This document shows positions 30,877 to 45,101 of a stretch of DNA of 64,000 nucleotides, one piece after another. The position numbers and the translations under genes were made by a program. The notes below the pieces were generated by a model that was not told where the DNA came from, did no database searches, and saw only the letters and a program-made list of their open reading frames with translations. Origin of the DNA: the human T2T-CHM13v2.0 reference genome, Homo sapiens; NCBI RefSeq assembly GCF_009914755.1, contig NC_060946.1, one strand, 5' to 3'. Position 1 is the first letter of the stretch; each line of letters starts with the position of its first letter.

Positions 30877-32421
30877 TAATTTTTTTTTTAATTTCACAGA
30901 GATAGGGTCTGTGTTGCCCAGGCTGCACTAATTCTTACTTGTTCATGCATTCAGCTTTCCTGGAGCCCCCTTTCTGGCCCAGCCCTTTGCATTCTCCCAT
31001 TCACTCCTCCCGCAGCCCACACGGCAGATGCCAGCCCGACCCCATTTTCACAGGTGAGCCAGGCTTGGCATGGGGCATAAGCCCTGGGTCCACACAGGCA
31101 GGGCTAGACTGGGAGGCAGCTCCCTCCAGCTCTTGAAGTCCTGGGCCCCCGGGGATGCTGACAGGTAGCCAAGGAATCCCAGGCTTGGAGGGGACTGCAG
31201 AGAGACACAGCAACCAAGGGAGCCCAGGACAGGGATGAGAGAAGACATGTGGGGGGTTTCAGAGGAAGAAACTCACAGCACAGAGAGGGACCCCTCCTCT
31301 CCTGAGGGAGAAGCGGCTCCTGGAGACTGGGTGGACCCTGGGCACCGCTCCCCGCCACACACACACACAGACACCTGCCGCTTCAGGCACTGTGTGAGAT
31401 GCGATGCCCTCCCAGCAGTTCCCAGGCTCCTCTGCCATCTGCTGTGGCCTACCAATGTCATCTCCCATATGTCAGCCTTCCCCTGAAGGAAACTGATGAG
31501 CAGCCAGGACGTATGACTGTCACATGCTCCTTCCAGGCAGCACAGACCCTTCCTGGCCTCCTCCCCTTTGTCCAGGCACCCCCTCAGTATTCAGGGCCAC
31601 CAGCCAGTGTCTAAGCCTGGGCCCCAGGAAGGTGAGGGAGCAGGCATGGGACTCCTGTCCCTGGGCACTGTCAGCAGGCTCACCCCTTGTCTTCTGGGAT
31701 ACATGGTGGGTGGTCTGGGAGGCAAACCAGGTCTGGGCTCCCTCTTCCCTGACAGGTGGTTGGCACCCCTAGCCTGAGGGTACACTAGGCCTCTGCTCAC
31801 TGGAAGCCACAGCCTGGAACAACTCACTGGCCCTGTCTTCGGGAACGAGCTCATCTTGTCCCAGCAATTTCGCCTCCTGTGAAGGCTGCCAATGGTGGCC
31901 AGGAGACTCCGCTGGGATTCTCCTGACTGCAGGGACCTCATCAATAATTGATTCTGCAGAAGGCAGTGGAGTTCCTGAGGAGGGGCCCAGGTCTGGAAGG
32001 GAAGGTTCACAGCCCCAGTCACTCGGAACCTGGGACCAGCAGCTCCACAGGGGCTCGTTTCTCACTGGACAAAGATGGCCCTCAGATCTTTGCTCCGCAC
32101 TCTGGCTGGGGGCAGGAATAAAGGACAGCTGTATTGATGGCCCAGTTTTCTGATCTTGCCCCCAGCTCCCTATGGTTGATAGATGACAGATGATGGATGA
32201 CAGATGATGGATGGTGGTCACATGGCCACATCCCACTTGAAGGGAGCCCTCCTCTGGCCTCCAGCCTCCCAAGTGGGTGGGGACAGGGGTGGAGACAGCG
32301 CGGAAAAGGAGCAAGAAAGAACAAAAGCTCACGCAGGCTTTTAATTCGGGCTCAGGCAGATCTGAGGGCAGAAAGCCCAGCCATCTACAATGTCTTGCCT
32401 GATGGTACTGATTGTGACTCA

Positions 32422-32928
<507 letters not shown>

Positions 32929-33101
32929 CTAAGCAACTGAACAAGACCCTTTAAAAAAAAAAAAAAAAGCAAAAAAAGAAAAAGCCACCTGTGCAGTTCC
33001 CCAAAAAGTAAAACATAGAATTGTCACATGACATGGCCCAGAAATATACCGTTCCTAGGTATATCCTCCAAAGAACTGAAAGCAGACTCAAACAAGTACA
33101 T

Positions 33102-34386
<1,285 letters not shown>

Positions 34387-34540
34387 TACATGTACATACA
34401 CATTCAAGTAATATTATTCATGCTGAGCGCGGTGGCTCACACCTGTAATCCCAGCACCTTGAGAGGCAGTGGGGGTGGATCACCTGAGGTCAGGAGTTTG
34501 AGACCAGCCTGATCAACATGGTGAAACCCCGTCTCTACTA

Positions 34541-34699
<159 letters not shown>

Positions 34700-35112
34700 T
34701 CAAAAAAAAAAAACAAAAAAAAAAAAACAAGCAATGTTATTGACAACAGTGAAAAAGTGGAAGCCAGGATCGGTGGCACATATCTGTAGTCAGCTTCCTA
34801 TCTAACAGGCCAGTCCTCAAGCACCTGGTTACCAGGAAGAAGAAACAAAAATTGTTAAAAAGCACCCTTCCTTAATGCATTTTATATCCATCTGTTAAAA
34901 CAATTGCCATCATAAACTGATTCTGTAAGAATAAGACATACAAATGGAATCATACAATATGTGGCTTTTTGTGACTGCTTCTTTCACTTAGCATAATGTT
35001 TTCAAGGCTCATCCATGTTGTAGCATTTATCAGTACAATATTTCATTTCATTTTTTTCTTTTTCAGACAGCGTCTGGTTCTGTTGCCCCTCTGGAGTGCA
35101 GTGGCACTATCA

Positions 35113-35367
<255 letters not shown>

Positions 35368-35621
35368 TCAAGACCATGGTGAAACCCCATCTCTACTAAA
35401 AAAATACAAAAAATTAGCCAGGCGCGGTAGTGGGTGCCTGTAGTCCCAGCTACTTGGGAGGCTGAGGCAGGAAATGGTATGAACCCAGGAGGCGGAGCAA
35501 GAATCCGTCTCAAAAAAAAAAAAAAAGACTGGGCACGGTGGCTCACACCTTTAATCCCAGCACTTTGGGAGGCCGAGGCAGGGTGGATTGTGAGGTCAGG
35601 AGATCGAGACCATCCTGGCTA

Positions 35622-35825
<204 letters not shown>

Positions 35826-35896
35826 TCATATATTTGGAATCATACAGTATGTAGCCTTTTCAGAATAGTGTCTTTCATATGGTAATAGGCATTTAA

Positions 35897-36197
<301 letters not shown>

Positions 36198-36313
36198 TAG
36201 CCAGGATGATCTCGATCTCCTGACCTCGTGAGCCGCCCGCCTCGGCCTCCCAAAGTTCTGAGATTACAGGCATCAGCCACTGTGCCTGGCCTTCTTTTCA
36301 TTTATTTATTTAA

Positions 36314-36505
<192 letters not shown>

Positions 36506-36508
36506 TAG

Positions 36509-37063
<555 letters not shown>

Positions 37064-39098
37064 TGAGGGTGTGTGACGGTGTGTGTGTGTGTTTTGATTT
37101 TAAAATTACTTCTAGGCTGGGCACTGTGGCTCACGCCTGTAATCCCAGCACTTCGGGGAGCTGAGTTAGGAGGATCACTTAAGCCCAGGCGTCTAAGGCT
37201 GCAGTGAGCTAGGATTGCAATAATGCACTCCAGCATGGGTCACAGAGCGAGACCCCCATCTCAAAAAATATATAAGTAAATAAATAAATAATAGAATCAT
37301 GTAACCACACTCAGAGAACAAGGGAAATTGAGGGGGAACATCACCAAAAACCCCACTTCTCTGTTATATTTTAGTTTCGAGATTTAAAAACATAATATGG
37401 ATTGGGGATGCTGGAAATACTTGTTATCTAATTGTGGCGATGGCTTCAAAGTATACACAGATGTCAACACTCATCAAATCGCACTCCTTATGCGCAGTTT
37501 ATGACACTTCAATTATACTTCAATAAAGTTGTAAAAAAAAAAAAAGCTGAGTGTGGTGGCTCACGCCTGTAATCCCAGTACTTTGGGAGGCTGAGGCAGG
37601 TGGATCCCCTGAGGTTGGGAGTTCGCAACCAGCCTGACCAACATGGAGAAACCCCGTTTCTACTAAAAATACAAAATTAGCCAGGAATGGTGGTGCATGC
37701 CTGTAATCCCAGCTACTCGGGAGGCTGAGGCAGGAGAATTGCTTGAACCGGGAAGCGGAGGTTGTGGTGAGCTGAGATCACGCCATTGCACTGCAGCCTG
37801 GGCAACAAGAGCAAAACTCCGTCTCAAAAAAAAAGAAAAAAAGATTGTAAAAAAAAAATTTTTTTTTTTTTTCAGACAGAGTCTCGCTCTGTCACCCAGG
37901 CTGGAGTGCAGTGACGCAATCTTGGCTCACTACAAGCTCCGCCTCCTGGGTTCACGCCATTCTCCTGCCTCAGCCTCCGAGTAGCTGGGACTACAGACGC
38001 CCACCACCACACCCGGCTAATTTGTTTTTGTATTTTTAGTAGAGTCGGGGTTTCACCGTGTTAGCCAGAATGGTCTCGATATCCTGACCTCATGATCTGC
38101 CCGCCTCGGCCTCCCAAAGTGCTGGGATTACAGGCGTCAGCCACGGCACTTGGCAAAAAATCTATTTTTTTTTAAATTACAAAAGATAGGTGGGTTGGCT
38201 TGTTTGTTTGTTTTTTCTTGAGACAGAGTCTCACTCCATCACCCAGGCTGGAGTGCAGTGGCGTAATCTCCCCTCACTGCAACCTCCGCCTACTGGATCC
38301 AAGCAATTCTCCAGCCTCCGCCTCTGGAGTCACCATGCCCAGCTAATTTTTATATTTTTGGTAGAGACAGGGTTTCACCATATTGGCCAGTCTGATCTTA
38401 AACTCCTGACCTCAAGTGACCCGCCCGCCTAGCCTCCCAAAGTGCTGGGATTACAGGCGTGAGCCATAGATAGGCGTTTTATTATGAAGAATTTAGAAAA
38501 GCATGATGATTTAGAAAATAAATGTCACCCACTGCTCATAGACAGCTGTGGAGCCCTTGGTGAAGCCCCCTCCTCCTGCTGAACCCCTCAGAAGGCTCCT
38601 GGGGTAGCGCTCAGGGCCCATCCAGCCTCCAGCTTCTGCAGCCAAGTTCCAGGGCCCACCTCTGCCCTGCCGGCCTCATGATGCCAGACTCAGCTAGCAT
38701 CCTTCCCACTGAGGGAACAGCAGCTATCAGCATGAGGCTCTGCCTTCTTCACTGAGTCTTCTCCGCTCAGACTCCAGGGTCCCCATCATCTCCCTGGCCA
38801 GTCCCTTCTCAGTCCCTCTGCCTCTACTTCCCCCCTAGTCCAGTAACTGTCCCTTCTCCACCCAGCCTCACGCAGGCAGGGGGAGAGTCTCCAGCCCCGT
38901 GGCAACAAACAACATCGATTCACTGGCAACACTCCACTTTCTCTCTGAGGTCTTCATTGCTCCTTGGTGCAACAGGGTCACCCTCTGCCTGATGCCTGCT
39001 CATGGATGGGCTATGCGGACCTGAAGCCCTGTGCAGGCACCTCTGCTTGCCTGTTGCAGTCACCATCCCAAAGTCATCCCCATGAGCTGGCCTCCCTC

Positions 39099-39469
39099 TG
39101 TTGGGGAAAAGCTGGGTGTGGGGAGAGAAGCTGAGGCAGGGCTTGCATGTCTGCTAGACTTGCTGGCTCCTTCCTTCTAGCACTCTCATTATCTCAAGTA
39201 GCCATATGTTTCAAAGAAAATGCTAAACTGTCACAGCTGTAGCTCATTTGCTTGATACACCGCTTCCTTTCAATCCCCACATCCTCACCACCTGTTTCTT
39301 TGTTTGATCACCAATAAATAGCATAGGCTCCTAGGGCTAGAGGCCTTTGCAGCCTCTATACTAGCGTTGGCCCCCTGGTCCCACTTTCTCTCTTGCCTTT
39401 TCTCACTCCTTTGACTCCGCCAGACTTTGTCGCCCCCACGGCCTGGTGTTGGGTCTGATCACCCCAACA
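39099..39469 (+). mobile_element. ERVK-class solo LTR (LTR3-like, family tentative), 371 bp
   Basis: TGTTGGGG...CCCCAACA termini, perfect 6-bp TSD TCCCTC (39093-39098 / 39470-39475), internal AATAAA at ~39313. Confidence 0.85.
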
Positions 39470-39690
39470 TCCCTCATTCCCCACACCCACTCCATCTACA
39501 AGTCCCATGAGTTTTACTTCCAGAATGCTCCTGAATTCTAACCCCTTCTCTGGGGTACCTTGCTTCTGCCCTATTCTGGGTCACCAATGCCTTCCTCATA
39601 AACAATTGCCACAATCCCCAACCACTCCCCCTACTCCCACCTCCCACGCCCAACCTTCCATGCAACAGACCCCAGCAAGTCACCCCGCTT

Positions 39691-39890
39691 CCTGTGCGGT
39701 TGAGTACAGCAGCCACGGTGGCCATTGAAACTCACTAACACGAAACCAAACATTCAGTTCTTCAGCTGCCCCAGCCACGTTTCAGATGCTCAGTAATCAC
39801 ACGGGGCAGCTCGTGGCTGCCACATTGTGCAGCACAGATTACAGAACATGCCCATGGTACTGGCAAGTTCTATCGGACAGTGCAGGTCTA
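39691..39890 (+). mobile_element. MER3-like hAT-Charlie MITE
   Basis: agccacgtttcagatgctcagta...gtggctgccacattg...gcaagttctatcggacagtgc matches the MER3 pattern. Confidence 0.7.
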
Positions 39891-40671
39891 GAACCTTTGA
39901 GCAGCTTTTCCTTGCATTTAGAATAAAACCCAAACTTTGTGCAGGCCTACAAGGCCCTGCCTCACCTCTGATCCCACTTCCTACTGCCTACACCAGCCTC
40001 ATCTCCCAACCTGGCTGCTCCTCAAACAGAACTTTGAAGCCTCCTTGTCCTTTGCCTACCTGGTCCTTGTCCTTAGGACCAGCTCAGGCATCACCTCCCC
40101 TGGCAAGCCTTTCCCCGAACTGTGCCTTCTCCCACAGGACACACACACCTTTGCTATAGCCGGGCTGTGAATGCCTTATCACTTCCTCCCCCATACACAG
40201 GCATCGCTCTCGGTGACCTATCTGCCCTCCAGGCCATGCACACATCTGGTTCCTCATTCCACCAGACCTGGTTGAGCACTTACTCTGAGCTCACTATATG
40301 AGAGACATAGGGGAACAAGACAAACAGGTCTGTGACCTTGCAGAGTTTAGATCTAGTTGGAACAGACACTGAGTGGGGGATTACAGAGTGTTATGTGTGT
40401 CTAAACCCCATGCCCATGCCCATGCCCTGCTGCATTCCTCCCTAGGGAGGGATGGATGATAAGAAAACTCTACAGGAAAGGCCCAGAGGCTCAGGATAGG
40501 GGTGCTTTCAGGGAAGTCCTGAGGAGAGAACAGTGTCCTTGGGGCCAGAAGAGGCTGTCCCACAAGGGAGAAAGCCACTATCTGGACGTGTCCTTGTGCC
40601 TAACAAAAAGCCATTTGCTATGCCAAGAGAACAGAGCATGCAAACTCAAACTAAACAGCTTCAGAGTTTAC

Positions 40672-41314
<643 letters not shown>

Positions 41315-41684
41315 TCAGTATGGCACTACTGGGATTCCAGCCCCTTTAGTGGCCAGGGCATCATTTGCATCTCAGTTTCCTCACATGCAAAATGGGCTAT
41401 TTGCAGCCTGATGGGAAGGGGATGAGAAGGTCCGCTGGGTCCAAGGGACCAGGATGGCAGGAGGTTAGCAAGGCCTGCAGAGGGCAGCAGTGAGCTGCGC
41501 ACCGCCCACCCAGCCTAGAAACTGGGGCCCATGGGTTTTCCAGGGCAGGAATGTTCTCCAGGGGCACTAATATTAACAGGCAATCACGAAATCGACCCCT
41601 ACACACCATTTATCAGGTTGTGTTTTATGTTTGCCCCATCTGGGCATTTTATGCAGGATGCTCTCAACATTTTGTACCGTGGCC

Positions 41685-42349
41685 CACAGGACTGGGTGGA
41701 AGACAGGACAGCTCAGAGCAGGGAGTGAAACAAAATCTTTGATGGTTCTCTAGGGAAGCCTGGAAATCTGAGACAGGGCAAAGAGCAGGGAGTCTGATGA
41801 GCACAAAATTAAAATACCCAAACCAGCCTGCCGGGTCAGGGGAAAAGGAAGCAGGATTGGGCACATGAAGAACAGATGACAAAACTGAGGCTCAGAGAGG
41901 CTGAGAGAGACACTGCTGAGGTCACACAGCCAGGAGTCGGCAGGAAGCCCTGAACCCAAGCAGGGCTGGCCTGGCTACTAGCCTGGGCTCAGTCCTTTAG
42001 ATTGGACTTCAAAGTATCTGCTCCAGATGACGCTGGCATTGGGAGGAGGGCATGATAATCCCTAACATCCACACAGGGACAACAGCACTTGGAGGCAGAT
42101 GTGCTTCTCACTTCAAGGAAACTGAGGCAGAGAGGGAGAGGTGGTCAGGACTCAAGCCCAGTAATTCATTTGCCAAATCCTGTTTCCTTTTCCCCCAACC
42201 CAGCGGGCTGGTTTGGGTATTTTCAGTTTGTGCCCATCAGAGTCCCTGCAGAGTGCTCTCCACTGTGTCTCAGATCTCTGTGTCCCCAGAGAACCATCAA
42301 AGGTTTTGTTTCACTCCCTGCTCTGGGCTGTCTTCCACCCAGCCCTGTG
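41685..42349. repeat. ~185-bp inverted repeat (41685-41869 / 42165-42349) with MIR-like fragments in the spacer
   Basis: Arms align along their length with small indels; ENHQRFCFTPCS and PAGWFGYF appear in ORFs on both strands. Confidence 0.9.
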
Positions 42350-42762
42350 AACCTCAGTGCAGGTTGGCCGCCCCCTTAGAGGGAGGCTAATCAGGGAAGT
42401 TCTGAGTCAGGTCGTCCTGGAAAAACTACATTGACCTCTGGAGCTCAAGAGAGGCCAGGGGACAAACACATGGCTCAGCACACAGGAAGGCAGGTGTGGG
42501 TATTGAGTGACCTGAGGGAGAAATCCCTATTTATCATCCATCATGTGGTCCTGCTGTGACAAACCCGTGTGGCAGCCACCCACAGCAGATCCACAACGTG
42601 AGAGGCCCGCTGAAACAAGGGTGCTGGCATTGGTTACTCAGCCTGGCCCTCCCTGCCTTGCGGGGTGACCTGCCTGGTCCTGGCCTCTCTGTGAGTTGGG
42701 CCCTGCTGGGTGGTCCCTAGTGTGCCCAGCCCTGAGGCTGGTGAGAGGCCAGGCTGTGAGGT

Positions 42763-43050
42763 GTGAGGAACTTACCTGCGTCTCCATGGAAGGTGCCCTC
42801 CGCATCGTTGGGCCAGATCTGCCTGGTCTTGCAGATGCCCACGATGGTGGCCTCTGACACGACGACTGGGCAGTGCCGGTGACGCTTATGGCACTGCGGC
42901 GTGGTAGGGGCAGAGGGGGGAGGTTGCTTCTGTCGGAGGACTGCTGCGAGTTCTGCCAGAGAGAGCAGCTCTTGTCCCGGAACATGAGGTAGGTGGTGGG
43001 GCTTGGGGACACGCGGCTGGACTGGCCGGAGAAGTCCTCCTGGCCGGAGG
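42763..43050 (-). pseudogene. Inverted partial copy of the BCR exon 1 3' end plus donor (BCR pseudogene fragment)
   Basis: Reverse complement aligns to 44838-45114 with about 23 substitutions (~91%), a 3-nt deletion and a 14-nt frameshifting insertion; retains CAG|GTAAGT. Confidence 0.95.
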
Positions 43051-43129
43051 GGAGCCAAGTGTTCCTGTTCCAGGACTGCAGAACTGGCCCAGACCTCTGT
43101 ATTGGAAAGGTCTTTATGGACCAGGGAGT

Positions 43130-43427
43130 CCGGTGTCTTTTTTACGGGGGACCCCTGGGCTGCGAGTTGCACAGTCCAATTCGCTGTTGTTAGGGCCTCA
43201 GTTTCCCAAAAGGCACAGGGACGGGGGGAGGGTGGCGGCTCGATGGGGGAGCCGCCTCCAGGGGGCCCCCCCGCCCTGTGCCCACGGCGCGGCCCCTTTA
43301 AGAGGCCCGCCTGGCTCCGTCATCCGCGCCGCGGCCACCTCCCCCCGGCCCTCCCCTTCCTGCGGCGCAGAGTGCGGGCCGGGCGGGAGTGCGGCGAGAG
43401 CCGGCTGGCTGAGCTTAGCGTCCGAGG

Positions 43428-43459
<32 letters not shown>

Positions 43460-43822
43460 GCGGGGCTGTGGGGCGGTGCGGAAGCGAGAGGCGAGGAGCG
43501 CGCGGGCCGTGGCCAGAGTCTGGCGGCGGCCTGGCGGAGCGGAGAGCAGCGCCCGCGCCTCGCCGTGCGGAGGAGCCCCGCACACAATAGCGGCGCGCGC
43601 AGCCCGCGCCCTTCCCCCCGGCGCGCCCCGCCCCGCGCGCCGAGCGCCCCGCTCCGCCTCACCTGCCACCAGGGAGTGGGCGGGCATTGTTCGCCGCCGC
43701 CGCCGCCGCGCGGGGCCATGGGGGCCGCCCGGCGCCCGGGGCCGGGCCTGGCGAGGCCGCCGCGCCGCCGCTGAGACGGGCCCCGCGCGCAGCCCGGCGG
43801 CGCAGGTAAGGCCGGCCGCGCC
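43130..43822 (+). promoter_or_regulatory. BCR: BCR CpG-island promoter and GC-rich 5'UTR (CCAAT ~43176, GC box, TTTAA 43297-43301)
   Basis: Extremely CpG-rich segment directly upstream of the BCR ATG. Confidence 0.88.
43429..43462 (+). repeat. (GGC)n trinucleotide repeat in the BCR 5'UTR, one AGC interruption
   Basis: GGCx7-AGC-GGCx3; a second (GCC)5 tract at ~43693-43707. Confidence 0.92.
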
Positions 43823-45101
43823 ATGGTGGACCCGGTGGGCTTCGCGGAGGCGTGGAAGGCGCAGTTCCCGGACTCAGAGCCCCCGCGCATGGAGCTGCGC
43901 TCAGTGGGCGACATCGAGCAGGAGCTGGAGCGCTGCAAGGCCTCCATTCGGCGCCTGGAGCAGGAGGTGAACCAGGAGCGCTTCCGCATGATCTACCTGC
44001 AGACGTTGCTGGCCAAGGAAAAGAAGAGCTATGACCGGCAGCGATGGGGCTTCCGGCGCGCGGCGCAGGCCCCCGACGGCGCCTCCGAGCCCCGAGCGTC
44101 CGCGTCGCGCCCGCAGCCAGCGCCCGCCGACGGAGCCGACCCGCCGCCCGCCGAGGAGCCCGAGGCCCGGCCCGACGGCGAGGGTTCTCCGGGTAAGGCC
44201 AGGCCCGGGACCGCCCGCAGGCCCGGGGCAGCCGCGTCGGGGGAACGGGACGACCGGGGACCCCCCGCCAGCGTGGCGGCGCTCAGGTCCAACTTCGAGC
44301 GGATCCGCAAGGGCCATGGCCAGCCCGGGGCGGACGCCGAGAAGCCCTTCTACGTGAACGTCGAGTTTCACCACGAGCGCGGCCTGGTGAAGGTCAACGA
44401 CAAAGAGGTGTCGGACCGCATCAGCTCCCTGGGCAGCCAGGCCATGCAGATGGAGCGCAAAAAGTCCCAGCACGGCGCGGGCTCGAGCGTGGGGGATGCA
44501 TCCAGGCCCCCTTACCGGGGACGCTCCTCGGAGAGCAGCTGCGGCGTCGACGGCGACTACGAGGACGCCGAGTTGAACCCCCGCTTCCTGAAGGACAACC
44601 TGATCGACGCCAATGGCGGTAGCAGGCCCCCTTGGCCGCCCCTGGAGTACCAGCCCTACCAGAGCATCTACGTCGGGGGCATGATGGAAGGGGAGGGCAA
44701 GGGCCCGCTCCTGCGCAGCCAGAGCACCTCTGAGCAGGAGAAGCGCCTTACCTGGCCCCGCAGGTCCTACTCCCCCCGGAGTTTTGAGGATTGCGGAGGC
44801 GGCTATACCCCGGACTGCAGCTCCAATGAGAACCTCACCTCCAGCGAGGAGGACTTCTCCTCTGGCCAGTCCAGCCGCGTGTCCCCAAGCCCCACCACCT
44901 ACCGCATGTTCCGGGACAAAAGCCGCTCTCCCTCGCAGAACTCGCAACAGTCCTTCGACAGCAGCAGTCCCCCCACGCCGCAGTGCCATAAGCGGCACCG
45001 GCACTGCCCGGTTGTCGTGTCCGAGGCCACCATCGTGGGCGTCCGCAAGACCGGGCAGATCTGGCCCAACGATGGCGAGGGCGCCTTCCATGGAGACGCA
45101 G
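43823..45101 (+). CDS. BCR: BCR exon 1 (426 codons + 1 nt): N-terminal coiled-coil oligomerisation domain, Tyr177 GRB2 site, Ser-rich region
   Basis: MVDPVGFAEAWKAQFPDSEPPRMELRS...; YVNV at codon 177 (44351); GCCATGG Kozak; donor CAG|GTGAGT at 45101/45102. Confidence 0.99.

Noticed and set aside
42638-43172. Minus-strand ORFs with BCR-like peptides as a new protein-coding paralogue
   Set aside because: The BCR similarity is split across two frames by a 14-nt insertion, and the ORFs begin at GTG.
43003-43989. Several 160-260 aa Gly/Ala/Arg/Pro-rich ORFs in the BCR promoter
   Set aside because: Expected in very GC-rich CpG-island sequence; low complexity.
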